From NCBI GenBank assembly GCA_022842995.1, contig JALHOM010000005.1, positions 6,503-70,502 on the forward strand: 64,000 bases of DNA, in the 5' to 3' direction. The notes below the pieces were generated by a model. That model searched no databases, was not told the DNA's origin, and saw only the letters and a list, made by a program, of their open reading frames with translations. The DNA comes from Candidatus Saccharimonadota bacterium. Its GTDB lineage: Bacteria > Patescibacteriota > Saccharimonadia > Saccharimonadales > 2-12-FULL-41-12. The position numbers and the translations under genes were made by a program. Shown piece by piece: positions 28,386 through 37,988 of the stretch (its first letter is position 1; every line of letters starts with the position of its first letter).

Positions 28386-28955
28386 ATGTGCATATTGAAA
28401 TATAGTAAACAAATGTTAACAGCGGCCGTTTTGTCGGCAGCGGTTGTTGGTGGAGGTGCTTTTGCTATCAACGCTTCAGCAGAGTCTAGCTCCAGTTCAG
28501 ACCGGGTCGACAGTTTGGCGAGTAAAATAGCCGAGAAGTTTAACGTCAATAAAGACGAGGTTAAACAAATTATCGATGCCGACCGTGAAGAGCATATGGC
28601 CGAGCGGCGCGCAGAAAGACAAACTCGTCTAGAAGAACGCTTGTCGACTGCCGTAACGAACGGCAAGATCACCGAAGAGCAGAAGACCAAGATTCTCGAG
28701 TACGTCAAAAGTCAGCAAACATTCTTTGATAGCTTGAAGGATATGACCGAAGACGAACGAAAGGCCGCAATGCAGAAGCACCGAGACGAAGTCAAGAAAT
28801 GGGCTTCAGATAACGGTATTGACGAGAAATATGTACTTATGGGCGGTGGTCCTGGCGGACATCGCGGTGGCCACGGTGGCCCACGTGGCGACATGAATAT
28901 GGACGACAATAATAATGATCAAACAACAGATTCAAAGGAGGATTCATCGACGTAA
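28386..28955 (+). CDS. hypothetical secreted helical protein with Gly/His-rich tail
   Basis: Signal peptide (LTAAVLSAAVVGGGAFAINASA), charged helical repeats and the tail GGGPGGHRGGHGGPRGD. The start is uncertain (ATG 28386, TTG 28398 or ATG 28413). Confidence 0.5.
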   Translation: MCILKYSKQMLTAAVLSAAVVGGGAFAINASAESSSSSDRVDSLASKIAEKFNVNKDEVKQIIDADREEHMAERRAERQTRLEERLSTAVTNGKITEEQKTKILEYVKSQQTFFDSLKDMTEDERKAAMQKHRDEVKKWASDNGIDEKYVLMGGGPGGHRGGHGGPRGDMNMDDNNNDQTTDSKEDSST

Positions 28956-29032
28956 AGATAGTAAAAAACTAACTGTCGCCCTGCCCCCTAAGGAGCGACA
29001 GTCATAAGTAGCCTCTAAACTATACCTTACTA

Positions 29033-29085
29033 CTATCCCGGTAAACTACCTATCGTTACTATAGCGATGGGGCAGACCGGGATAG
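29033..29085. terminator. long hairpin between convergent genes (putative bidirectional terminator)
   Basis: CTATCCCGGT...ACCGGGATAG forms a 10-bp stem enclosing an inner ATCG/CGAT stem, followed by TTTAATGTTT. Confidence 0.4.
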
Positions 29086-29186
29086 TTTAATGTTTGAAAA
29101 TAGCTCTATAGTCCAAAAAGCCGAGGGTTTATGGTAGTAATGTTAATCTGATTAGTGCTGTACGGGCAGGCACTTGTTAACAAGTT

Positions 29187-30197
29187 TTAGCGACGAGGCA
29201 GTTCGACGTAAAATGTCGTGCCATGGCCGAGTCGACTGCGTACTTCTATGTGGCCGCCGAGCGAATCGGTAATTTGTTTAGCGATCGCCAGCCCAAGACC
29301 ATAGCCGTCGCTTTCTTTGTCTTTACCGCGTGATTTATCTGATCTATAGAATCTATCAAAAATATGCGGCATGTCCTCAGCAGGGATCCCAGGTCCTTGA
29401 TCTATGACGCTGAACCTATAGGCGTGTCGTGAGGCCTTTGTCTCGAGGCGGATAGTTGATTTTGGCGGGCTATATTTGGCGGCATTATCTATTAAAATGA
29501 CCAAAACCTGCGTCAGGCTTTGAGGTTCGCTGCGGAATGAAAAATCGCTTACTTTTTTCTGGTCAATGGTAATCTTTTTGCGACTTATTTTGGGCTGGTT
29601 TTTGTCCAAGGCCTCGTCGATTATTTGGCGTGCCGAAATTTTTTCGAAGATACTTTCTACGTTTTCTTGGCGAGCCAGCTGTAAAAGCCCGGTAGTGAGT
29701 TGTTCTAATTTAACTATCTCTTCTAAGTTGGATTTCAGTGTTTGCCGGGCTTCTTTGAGGGTGAGATTGTTGTCGCGCAGGGCAACTTCAATCTCGCTTT
29801 TCATAACTGTTAGTGGGGTGCGAATTTCGTGCGAGGCATCGGACGCAAAGCGATCTTGGGCCTCAATAACCTCTTCGATAGGCCTTAAGGCTTGGTAGGC
29901 CAAAATATAGCTCAACAGGCCTCCAATGACCAATGTAATAAGGTTAAAGGCAATCAAGCGTTCCCGAAGGTTCTCGCGCGCTGCTTCGAGTTTTTCTGCT
30001 CGTAGTCTGTCGAAATCGTCCAAGAAGGAAAATCGAACTTCCCGGGGTATGGCGATATTACGCTGGCCACGCAGCTCGGTATCCGATATCCGATAAATTG
30101 CAAAGCTAAATCCAATACTCATTACCATGATGATAATGAGATACGTTCCTGCGAGCTTGAGGCGCGGGCCTTTAAGACGGGCGAGTACGGGACTCAT
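29187..30197 (-). CDS. sensor histidine kinase (HisKA + HATPase_c)
   Basis: Two TM helices, H-box SHEIRTPLT, N/G boxes IDNAAKYS, DQGPGIP and GYGLGLAIAK. ATGA overlap with the response regulator. Confidence 0.85.
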   Translation of the reverse strand: MSPVLARLKGPRLKLAGTYLIIIMVMSIGFSFAIYRISDTELRGQRNIAIPREVRFSFLDDFDRLRAEKLEAARENLRERLIAFNLITLVIGGLLSYILAYQALRPIEEVIEAQDRFASDASHEIRTPLTVMKSEIEVALRDNNLTLKEARQTLKSNLEEIVKLEQLTTGLLQLARQENVESIFEKISARQIIDEALDKNQPKISRKKITIDQKKVSDFSFRSEPQSLTQVLVILIDNAAKYSPPKSTIRLETKASRHAYRFSVIDQGPGIPAEDMPHIFDRFYRSDKSRGKDKESDGYGLGLAIAKQITDSLGGHIEVRSRLGHGTTFYVELPRR

Positions 30198-30862
30198 GGC
30201 TCTATCTTATACCCAAATCCTCTCACGGTGTGAAGAAGCGGCTTTTTAAATGGCTTGTCAACTTTTGTACGAAGATAGCCCATGTACACCTCGACATTGT
30301 TTGGTAAGATGTCTGATTCAAAATCCCAGACGTGCTCGATGATATTTTCTTTAGACAAAACTCGTCCTTCGTTCCGCATCAGGTATTCCAAAAGTGCAAA
30401 TTCTTTGTTAGAAAGCTGAATTGATTTATTCTGGCGTTCAACCGCAAAAGTGGTGGTGTTAAGGCTGAGGTCACCGACGGTCAGTATGTCTGATTGAGTT
30501 TCTTTTGGTCTACGCAGGAGGGCTCTAATGCGGGCCAATAATTCTTCGAAAGAGAACGGCTTAGGCAGGTAGTCATCGGCGCCGGCGTTGAGTCCCTCGA
30601 CGCGTTCTTTGATCTGAGATTTGGCAGTCAGCATGAGTACTGGAGTGTGGATTTTTTCGTCGCGCAGTTTACGGCAGATTTCGACACCGTCTAGTCCGGG
30701 CAGCATTCGATCAAGGATGATGAGGTCGTATGGCAGGGTTGATGCGGCGCCAAATCCGGATTCGCCGTCATACTCTACGTCTACCGCGAAACTTTCTTGG
30801 CTTAAGCCCCGTTTAATAGCGGCGGCAATTTTATAATCATCTTCGACGAGTAATAATCGCAT
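30194..30862 (-). CDS. OmpR-family response regulator
   Basis: MRLLLVEDD, ILDRMLPGLDG, LTAK and a winged-helix C-terminus (VRGFGYKI). ATG at 30862 is preferred to the extended ORF start at 30937. Confidence 0.9.
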   Translation of the reverse strand: MRLLLVEDDYKIAAAIKRGLSQESFAVDVEYDGESGFGAASTLPYDLIILDRMLPGLDGVEICRKLRDEKIHTPVLMLTAKSQIKERVEGLNAGADDYLPKPFSFEELLARIRALLRRPKETQSDILTVGDLSLNTTTFAVERQNKSIQLSNKEFALLEYLMRNEGRVLSKENIIEHVWDFESDILPNNVEVYMGYLRTKVDKPFKKPLLHTVRGFGYKIEP

Positions 30863-30937
30863 AGTAACTTCATTGTAGTATATCTTTACTGAGAGACGGC
30901 TGTGATAAGCCCGAGTATGGTATGGTAGATTCTGCAC

Positions 30938-31681
30938 ATGAAATACAAGCGCCGCCGATTATATGTATTATTATTTTTGATTCTTGCACTACTGGGTGGT
31001 TATGGGTTTGAAGCCGGCAAAAAATATCTCGATAACACCGATCAAAGCAGCGTATCTACCGTGCTTGGTGTTGCTGAAAATGGCGATGTATCGAATGTTG
31101 ATACTCGCAAGGCTGTCGATGTCCTGGAAGAGTTAGAAGTAAAGGGCCGTGCTCCAAAAACGGGCTATAAACGAGACCAATACGGCAGTGGCTGGGCCAA
31201 AGTTGGGCAGTGTGACGTCAGGAACTTCATCTTAAAAAGGGATTTGACAGAAGTGGTTGTAAAATCCGATCAAGATTGCACCGTGTTGAGCGGCAGGCTG
31301 GACGACCCCTATACCGCGAAATCGATTGAGTTTAAAAGAGGTCCAGATACTAGTGATGACGTACAGATTGACCACGTCGTAGCCCTTTCTGATTCGTGGC
31401 AAAAAGGCGCCCAAGGACTGTCGCCAGCCGAGCGGGAGGCTCTGGCAAATGACCCGTTAAATTTGTTGGCAGTGGAGGGCAAGGTAAATAGCGATAAAGG
31501 CGATGGTGACGCAGCCACCTGGCTACCGCCGAATAAATCTTACCGTTGCCGCTATGTGGCTCGACAGATTGCCGTTAAGCAAGAGTATCGGCTATGGGTG
31601 ACAGAGGCCGAAAAGACTGCCATGAAACGTGTGCTCAAGGATTGTCCAGATCAAGTCTTGCCTCTTGTTCGGGGTAATTAG
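30938..31681 (+). CDS. secreted/membrane-anchored HNH-type nuclease (DUF1524, GmrSD C-terminal-like domain)
   Basis: N-terminal TM helix. DVQIDHVVALSDSWQKGA...NLLAVEGKVNSDKGD matches the His-Me finger pattern of DUF1524. Confidence 0.7.
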   Translation: MKYKRRRLYVLLFLILALLGGYGFEAGKKYLDNTDQSSVSTVLGVAENGDVSNVDTRKAVDVLEELEVKGRAPKTGYKRDQYGSGWAKVGQCDVRNFILKRDLTEVVVKSDQDCTVLSGRLDDPYTAKSIEFKRGPDTSDDVQIDHVVALSDSWQKGAQGLSPAEREALANDPLNLLAVEGKVNSDKGDGDAATWLPPNKSYRCRYVARQIAVKQEYRLWVTEAEKTAMKRVLKDCPDQVLPLVRGN

Positions 31682-31776
31682 AAGCTCTAAAATAAATGAC
31701 GAAAATCTGAAATATTATGCCAAACAAAGCATGAGCAATTGCTCTTTGCGGACCTGTGGCGCTACAGTGTGGGCCC

Positions 31777-33261
31777 ATGAGGCGACGCGACGTTCATGTT
31801 CGGATTCATTATGCAGGATTAGTATTCTGTGTGTCTTTTCTTGTTGGGTTGGTCGTCGGGTTATTTTCTGGATTTGAAACACGCTTTAACGTGCTTTGGA
31901 TAATTGGTTCGGTGTTACTGCTTCCGTTGGTTGTGGCGCTACTACGGATGAAATTATTTTCGGTGGTGACTTTAGTAGTGGCCTCAGGGTTTATGATTGG
32001 GAATTTTCTTGGCGTTGGAGCTATCCAGGAGCGACAACAACTATCGACGCAGGCAGGGAAATCGATGGTTATTAGTGGACGAATTACCGACGACGTTCGT
32101 CAATCAGCCGAGGACGGAAAGTTGCAGTTTGCTCTCTCGGGGTTGTCGGTAGACGGGCGAGAATACGAGGGTAAAATTTGGGTGAATCTGGCATCTCAAG
32201 AACTAACTACCCTAAAAAGGGGTGATAGCGTAGAAGTAAAAGGCTTTGCTTTGCCAGGGTTTGGCGCCTACGGGCTTAGTCTCGGGAGGGCTGAAGTTAT
32301 GAGTCTCAGTCAAACGAGCAATCAAGATATAGGGCTGCAAGCGAGAGATACTTTTGCTGCGGCTACGGAAGGTAGCTTGCCCGAGCCAGAACGATCTTTG
32401 GGACTGGGCTATTTGTTAGGCATGAAGACAAATTTACCAGAGGACCTATCGAGCAATATTCAGATGCTCGGATTAACGCATATTGTGGTTGCGAGTGGTT
32501 ACAATCTGACGATTCTTGTTAACTTGGCACGCGGCTTGTTCCAAAAAATATCTAAATATCTAAGCTTCGCTACAGGACTTGGCATGGTCGGTTCCTTTAT
32601 CGCCATTACTGGCTTTAGCCCCTCTATGACTCGGGCTGGTTTGGTGGCGACACTTTCGCTTCTGGCGTGGTATTACGGGAGGAAATTTCACCCCATAAAA
32701 CTCTTGATTTATGCCGCTAGTATCACCCTGGCCTATAACCCTAGCTATTTGCTCGGTGATGTTGGTTGGTATTTATCTTTCACGGCTTTTGCGGGGATTT
32801 TGATCATCGCGCCGTTAATTACGAGGTATTTTTATCCTGATCCAGATAAAGTGTCGCTTATTCCCGAGACAGTTATTGCGACCTTTTCTGCCCAGCTGGC
32901 GACGTTGCCGATTATTTTGCATGTCTTCGGAAGTTTTTCGCTACTTTCGATAGTGGCCAATGTATTGATCGTGCCGATTATTCCATTTGCTATGTTGTCT
33001 GTTTTTGTGTCGGGATTAAGCGGTCTTTTATTGCCGTTTTTGGCGGGCATCATTTCGTTGCCGGCAGTTTGGATATTGAAATACTGTACGTTAGTTATAA
33101 ATTTTATTGCCAGCTTTGAGTTGAGTCCAGTTTCTTATAAGGCTGACTTATCGCACGTCATGACAATGTACGGAATCGGGTCCGTTTTAGTGCTCTGGCT
33201 GATGTTTAAAACCAAGCATCGTTTTGTAACGTATTCAAAGAAAGTAGAAGTAGGTTCATGA
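31777..33261 (+). CDS. comEC: ComEC/Rec2 family DNA internalisation channel protein (no metallo-beta-lactamase domain)
   Basis: Polytopic membrane protein with an OB-like insert and the competence-domain motif GLTHIVVASGYNLTIL. The ORF opens at GTG 31756; the first ATG is at 31777. Confidence 0.8.
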   Translation: MRRRDVHVRIHYAGLVFCVSFLVGLVVGLFSGFETRFNVLWIIGSVLLLPLVVALLRMKLFSVVTLVVASGFMIGNFLGVGAIQERQQLSTQAGKSMVISGRITDDVRQSAEDGKLQFALSGLSVDGREYEGKIWVNLASQELTTLKRGDSVEVKGFALPGFGAYGLSLGRAEVMSLSQTSNQDIGLQARDTFAAATEGSLPEPERSLGLGYLLGMKTNLPEDLSSNIQMLGLTHIVVASGYNLTILVNLARGLFQKISKYLSFATGLGMVGSFIAITGFSPSMTRAGLVATLSLLAWYYGRKFHPIKLLIYAASITLAYNPSYLLGDVGWYLSFTAFAGILIIAPLITRYFYPDPDKVSLIPETVIATFSAQLATLPIILHVFGSFSLLSIVANVLIVPIIPFAMLSVFVSGLSGLLLPFLAGIISLPAVWILKYCTLVINFIASFELSPVSYKADLSHVMTMYGIGSVLVLWLMFKTKHRFVTYSKKVEVGS

Positions 33262-35006
33262 ATAAGATTTTCGCCAACTATGAGTTAATGAAGACTGGTC
33301 TGTTCCGCGTCACGGCGCTAGTCTGCGCCGTAATTTATGCATTAATTTTTGGAGCTAGCACAGTTATGGCTATGCCGGTAATCTCTGGGTTGAAAACGGG
33401 TGATTCAGCGTCCGCTGCGCGGGAATATGTGTCGATTTATAATAATTCTTCGGAAGCGCAAGATGTTTCTGGCTGGTGCTTGGTTTATGCGTCGGCGAGT
33501 GACGCTACCAAGACAAATTTGGGCTGTTTAACCCCGCCCGCAAATAGCAAGTTAATGATTGAGCCGTGGAGTTCGGCGACATTTGCAACCAATGAATTTG
33601 TAACTTCGGTGTCTAGTTTTTCGCCTGATGTGGCGTTTAAGGCGGGCATAAGTGCGAGTGGTGGGCATTTGCGATTAGTCGATAGCACCAAAAATGAGGT
33701 CGACAAATTAGGTTGGGGTACGGCCGTTAGTCCAGAAGGGACTGCGATCACTGCTCCGGCGAGCGGTAAGATACTTCTCAGGAAATCGGCGAGCGACCCT
33801 CTTCGTTTGGTAGATACCAACAATAATACGAGCGATTTTATGGAAACGTTGCTTCAGGCTTTGCCGGCATCGGGACTGTATGAAGAGTTATTGCCTCAGG
33901 ACGTGTGCGGAAACATCGACGGCCTACAGATATCAATCCCTGATGATTATTTTGCACAGCCAGAGGGTGTTTGCCTGCAGGATATTTGCGATAACATCGA
34001 AGGACTCCAGGTAGGTGTACCGGCAGGATATGAATCACTTGACGGCGAAAACTGCCATGAAAAACCACCTGTTGTATACGAAAAAATTTTAATCACCGAG
34101 CTGAAGCCTAACGCTACTGGTGTCGACGACGGGCAAGAATTTATTGAACTACATAATCCCTCTAGTGTAGCGGTTAATCTGGAGGGTTATGTCTTGGCGC
34201 TTGGACCAACGTTTTTCAAGACATATACTTTGCCTTCACTGCAGATTGATCCGCTAGGTTATCTGGTTTTGAGCGATGCTCAGACGGGCATTATTTTACC
34301 TAACTCCAGTGCTTCAATGAGGCTTTCGGACCCAAATGGGGCGGTGGTTTCACAAACCGATGTTTACGATAGCCCTAAAGACGATGCCTCGTGGTCGCTG
34401 ATCGATAATTTGTGGACGTACTCAGAGGCCCTGTCGCCGGGTAGTGTTAATGTGGCTTCGACAGTCTCGGGTATAGGAGGTATTCCGGCAACTGGTAGTA
34501 CAGAAGACTGTGGTCCGGGCAAATTTAGGAATCCTGAAACAAATCGCTGCAAGACCATAGAAACAGAGGATGACCTCAAGGTTTGTGCTGCTAACCAAGA
34601 ACGGAACCCAGAGACCAATCGTTGTCGGAGCGTTTTGACTGAGTCTGGATTAGTTCCATGCAAAGAAGGGCAAGAGCGAAACCCCGAGACAAACCGCTGT
34701 CGTAGTGTATTATCTGCTACTTCTGTGCTTGCTCCATGCCCTGCTGGACAAGAAAGGAATCCTGAAACAAATCGCTGCCGAAAGTCAGGTCTTGATACGT
34801 CGTCTGGTCTAAGTGCCGTTCAGGATATCGAAAGTGGCGGTTCTGGGCAGGCAGGCGTGTCGATAGGTAAAGGTCTTGCTATGGTGGCGGCGATAGTTGC
34901 CTTGTGTCTCGGCTACCTTATGTATGAGTGGCGGATTGAAATCCGTCGACTGGTCCGGCATTCTTTCCGCCGAATAGTCATGAGAAAATCCGTTGGCACT
35001 TCCTAG
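33258..35006 (+). CDS. lamin-tail-domain (LTD) surface protein with four Cys-bracketed RNPETNRC repeats and a C-terminal TM anchor
   Basis: ATGA overlap with comEC. Two LTD-like segments (EYVSIYNNS...GWCL; EFIELHNPS...GYVL), 4x C-x3-(Q/K)(E/F)RNPETNRC(R/K), and a C-terminal helix (LAMVAAIVALCLGYLMY). Confidence 0.65.
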   Translation: MNKIFANYELMKTGLFRVTALVCAVIYALIFGASTVMAMPVISGLKTGDSASAAREYVSIYNNSSEAQDVSGWCLVYASASDATKTNLGCLTPPANSKLMIEPWSSATFATNEFVTSVSSFSPDVAFKAGISASGGHLRLVDSTKNEVDKLGWGTAVSPEGTAITAPASGKILLRKSASDPLRLVDTNNNTSDFMETLLQALPASGLYEELLPQDVCGNIDGLQISIPDDYFAQPEGVCLQDICDNIEGLQVGVPAGYESLDGENCHEKPPVVYEKILITELKPNATGVDDGQEFIELHNPSSVAVNLEGYVLALGPTFFKTYTLPSLQIDPLGYLVLSDAQTGIILPNSSASMRLSDPNGAVVSQTDVYDSPKDDASWSLIDNLWTYSEALSPGSVNVASTVSGIGGIPATGSTEDCGPGKFRNPETNRCKTIETEDDLKVCAANQERNPETNRCRSVLTESGLVPCKEGQERNPETNRCRSVLSATSVLAPCPAGQERNPETNRCRKSGLDTSSGLSAVQDIESGGSGQAGVSIGKGLAMVAAIVALCLGYLMYEWRIEIRRLVRHSFRRIVMRKSVGTS

Positions 35007-35054
35007 AGTACTTATTCGACAAGCTCATTAAATGAAGTCAGGAGCCTATTCGAA

Positions 35055-35231
35055 TTAGTGAAGAAGTCCTGATTTTTTGGCCTTAGAAAACACCTCACGC
35101 TTGAGCGAATCTTTGTTGGTTAGCGCTAGTTCGATCTCTGTCGATATATCTACGAGTGAATGTTTGAGGCGGTGTGTTTGTTTGTGTAGTTTATCGACGT
35201 GTAATACGTTTACGACGATGTCGCCTCTCAT
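35055..35231 (-). CDS. small hypothetical protein (58 aa, below the ORF-track cutoff)
   Basis: ATG at 35231 is preceded by an AAGGGAGGG Shine-Dalgarno sequence at 5-nt spacing. Translation: MRGDIVVNVLHVDKLHKQTHRLKHSLVDISTEIELALTNKDSLKREVFSKAKKSGLLH. Confidence 0.4.
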   Translation of the reverse strand: MRGDIVVNVLHVDKLHKQTHRLKHSLVDISTEIELALTNKDSLKREVFSKAKKSGLLH

Positions 35232-35276
35232 GGTTGCCCTCCCTTAAAAATAATGTAATTTGGTTAACTTCGAACG

Positions 35277-35429
35277 TCAGGTCTCGGATTTTTTTGGCAC
35301 ACTGTGTGATTTAAATAAGTTTTTTTCGTAGTTTCGATACAGCGAATCGTGGGTGGCTATGTGGCTGATTTCTTTGGAGCTGCTGCCGATACCTTGTTTA
35401 AGTAGTTGTTTTATATTGCTTTTACGCAT
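35277..35429 (-). CDS. small hypothetical protein (50 aa, below the ORF-track cutoff)
   Basis: ATG at 35429 is preceded by an AAGAGGAG Shine-Dalgarno sequence. Translation: MRKSNIKQLLKQGIGSSSKEISHIATHDSLYRNYEKNLFKSHSVPKKSET. Confidence 0.4.
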   Translation of the reverse strand: MRKSNIKQLLKQGIGSSSKEISHIATHDSLYRNYEKNLFKSHSVPKKSET

Positions 35430-35529
35430 TGATAACTCCTCTTAACTTACGTAGTATTGGTACTTACTACTATAGACATTAAGCTGAGAATTTAATGTGA
35501 GGTATCGTATGTTATTTGTGTGATAAAAA

Positions 35530-36018
35530 TCATTCAAATCTTAATACTTCGAACTGGTCATAGCCTCCATCATTGGGCCGCGAGAAATTAGCCATACGTA
35601 TTTCAGTAGGTTTTATAGAGTAAGCCACGTACCTGCCGGCATCGATCAGGGTTGAGATTGGTGGTATACCAGATTCAGAGTTATTCTCAACGATTTTGAT
35701 GAGCTCGCTAAAGATGGGGCTGGCTTCTTCGGTGTCGGTTATGTCAATTGCTTCACCTTCTACGGTGACGACTGTTTGGCTGTGGGCTTCAAAGACGACG
35801 AATGACACCTTGGGGTTGTGTTGAATATTTTGTGATTTAGTGGTGTCTTTTTTGGTCAGGAAACGGATTGTAAGATCCGTGCCAACCGTGTAATACATCA
35901 CTGATCCATACGGGGAATTGTCAGGCCCGACGGTCGATAACGTTCCGACAAAATTATTCATCAAAAAAGCCCGAACATTGTCAAAAGTTTCCGGTGAGTT
36001 GTGTAGTTTGGTGTCCAT
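35530..36018 (-). CDS. pyridoxamine 5'-phosphate oxidase family (FMN-binding split-barrel) protein
   Basis: The pattern VGTLSTVGPDNSPYGSVMYY...IRFLTKKDTTKSQNIQHNPKVSFVV is typical of PNPOx-like proteins. Confidence 0.75.
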   Translation of the reverse strand: MDTKLHNSPETFDNVRAFLMNNFVGTLSTVGPDNSPYGSVMYYTVGTDLTIRFLTKKDTTKSQNIQHNPKVSFVVFEAHSQTVVTVEGEAIDITDTEEASPIFSELIKIVENNSESGIPPISTLIDAGRYVAYSIKPTEIRMANFSRPNDGGYDQFEVLRFE

Positions 36019-36102
36019 AGCCCCTCCTTTTAGAGTTTATGCCTATGTGGAGAGTGTAGTCTAAGTATGCTGATTTTGGTGCGACATACGTCACACTGGA
36101 TA

Positions 36103-36966
36103 TTACCAGTCTATTTTGAATAAGCTTGGAATTGCTCGCTTGGCATAAGATTTTGCTAGCAATTTTAATTCTGATTTGATGCCGTTTATTGATTTTTTTA
36201 GATTAAGTTGGTTAGGGTCAAGAGATTTTTCAAATAGTGGATAACCAGGATCTCTTGGAAGGATAGGGTCATCGGAGGCAGTCAGATCATGGATTATATG
36301 AATTAATTGTAGTGCAACTGTTTTTCTGCGATCTTCGTTGGGATTTTGTTGGAACGTGTATGCTGCATCAGGGAACATTTCGTAATAAAGGTCTGCGACG
36401 AAAGCTTCGTTTTCCGGGTTGCTACCTTGAATGCTAACAGAAACCACTGAGTCCGGGTTGTCCGCTAGTTCGGTCAGCGTTTCGGAGTGAGACGAGGCAA
36501 TTTGTAGGTCGGGATTTATTAATCCGATACCATGAATCTTATCTGCATTTTGGCCGGCAATAGACAATGCCAAATTGCATGCTGTTGATCCAATAGCAAT
36601 GATACTTCGACTTCCAGAATCAGCCAGGAGATCTTTATTGATTTCTTGATCTGGCTTGACCAGTAAGTTCCCTATAAATTGAGCGAGTCTGCCCTTTGCT
36701 AACCGAGGTTTTCGCGAAATGTCCAGGGTGGTCACAGGGGCTTCATATAAGCCGGCGGCTATCGTTGATAATTCTTTTGTGATATTTGGGTCGTTGCTTT
36801 CAAGTATCAAGAGCAGGGGTGAGGTTATGCTGGTGGTGTTTGGGGGCAGCGTAGTTGTACTGTTTTTGAGGCCATCTACAATAAATGCTCCAAAATTTGG
36901 GCTGCCAGTTTCTAAGAGTCCTTCTTGGCCCGCTCCGGGGCTACGTAATAACATCGTTACATCCAC
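36103..36966 (-). CDS. hypothetical protein
   Basis: 287-aa ORF with no recognisable motif. Confidence 0.45.
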   Translation of the reverse strand: MDVTMLLRSPGAGQEGLLETGSPNFGAFIVDGLKNSTTTLPPNTTSITSPLLLILESNDPNITKELSTIAAGLYEAPVTTLDISRKPRLAKGRLAQFIGNLLVKPDQEINKDLLADSGSRSIIAIGSTACNLALSIAGQNADKIHGIGLINPDLQIASSHSETLTELADNPDSVVSVSIQGSNPENEAFVADLYYEMFPDAAYTFQQNPNEDRRKTVALQLIHIIHDLTASDDPILPRDPGYPLFEKSLDPNQLNLKKSINGIKSELKLLAKSYAKRAIPSLFKIDW

Positions 36967-37095
36967 ACTATTTAACCTATGTATAATATAACATTTTAGA
37001 TATTAATGCAATTTTTATGAATTCTCTTGTTGCAAAAATCCACAAAAATGCGACATATTTGCAAAAATCTTTTTATTTCACATAATATGTGTAGT

Positions 37096-37986
37096 ATGAC
37101 TAAACCTGATATCGCTCCTGGACAACTCGAAGATGCGGCAGGAATTTTTGGAGAAAAAATTGAAATCTCGCTCGGCGGTGCAGATAAGCATAGGCTTTAC
37201 AGGCCCGACAACTCTGATCTTCCAAGGCCATCATCAGGCGATTTTTTTGCAAAACTAGCAGTTCATCGTGGCTTATTGTCCGAAGCAGGTATGTCGCCCG
37301 AGATCAAAATAGGTGAGAGGTTTGCTCTTCAGGACCATGGTAATTTACGTGTTACTGTCGGGGTGCCAACTCGCGATAATAAGTTGATATATTTCCCTGG
37401 TGTGATTTTACCTGCTAGCCCAGGCGATGTGATGCGTCAGGGCGGCCTTTGCGTTGGTTTTTTGTCCTCAGCGGCAGACGTTCAGTTAAGCGCGACAGAT
37501 CTTAATGTGTTCTCGGCGTTGCAACAGGGTTTGCTTGACGATCTTTATCTCAAGCACACATCCAACGAACTTGATCACGGAAATGGCTCTGGTCACTCTG
37601 GAAATTCAGGGCTGAACGTAGCTGAGATATCTCACGCTTCAATGATTGCCGTTAGCGCAGGCGGGAGAAATATTCATCGGCAAGTTCACGACATGGCAGA
37701 TACCGGCTTTGCGCGAACATTTGCCAAAACAGGCAATCTTGATTTTAATTCCGGAGTGAATGGTGGTTCTCGTCAAGTCAGGAGTGAAGTTGTTCCTGTT
37801 GATAAAATTTATAGCCTGCATGTTTTTGAGAGCCAACAGCCCCCTGCGGGCCAGCGTAATTCATTTGACTTGCGGGGGCTAAGCTCTAGAGAGGTTTCGG
37901 TAGGCCTGGCCATGGTCAGCGCTTTGACTCGTGGCATAACTCCGGATATTGTTCAGAACACACAAGCTATGGCGGAAGGACATTGA
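37096..37986 (+). CDS. hypothetical protein
   Basis: ORF 37027..37986. The start is uncertain (TTG 37027; ATG 37048, 37087 or 37096). No recognisable domain. Confidence 0.45.
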   Translation: MTKPDIAPGQLEDAAGIFGEKIEISLGGADKHRLYRPDNSDLPRPSSGDFFAKLAVHRGLLSEAGMSPEIKIGERFALQDHGNLRVTVGVPTRDNKLIYFPGVILPASPGDVMRQGGLCVGFLSSAADVQLSATDLNVFSALQQGLLDDLYLKHTSNELDHGNGSGHSGNSGLNVAEISHASMIAVSAGGRNIHRQVHDMADTGFARTFAKTGNLDFNSGVNGGSRQVRSEVVPVDKIYSLHVFESQQPPAGQRNSFDLRGLSSREVSVGLAMVSALTRGITPDIVQNTQAMAEGH

Positions 37987-37988
37987 TC

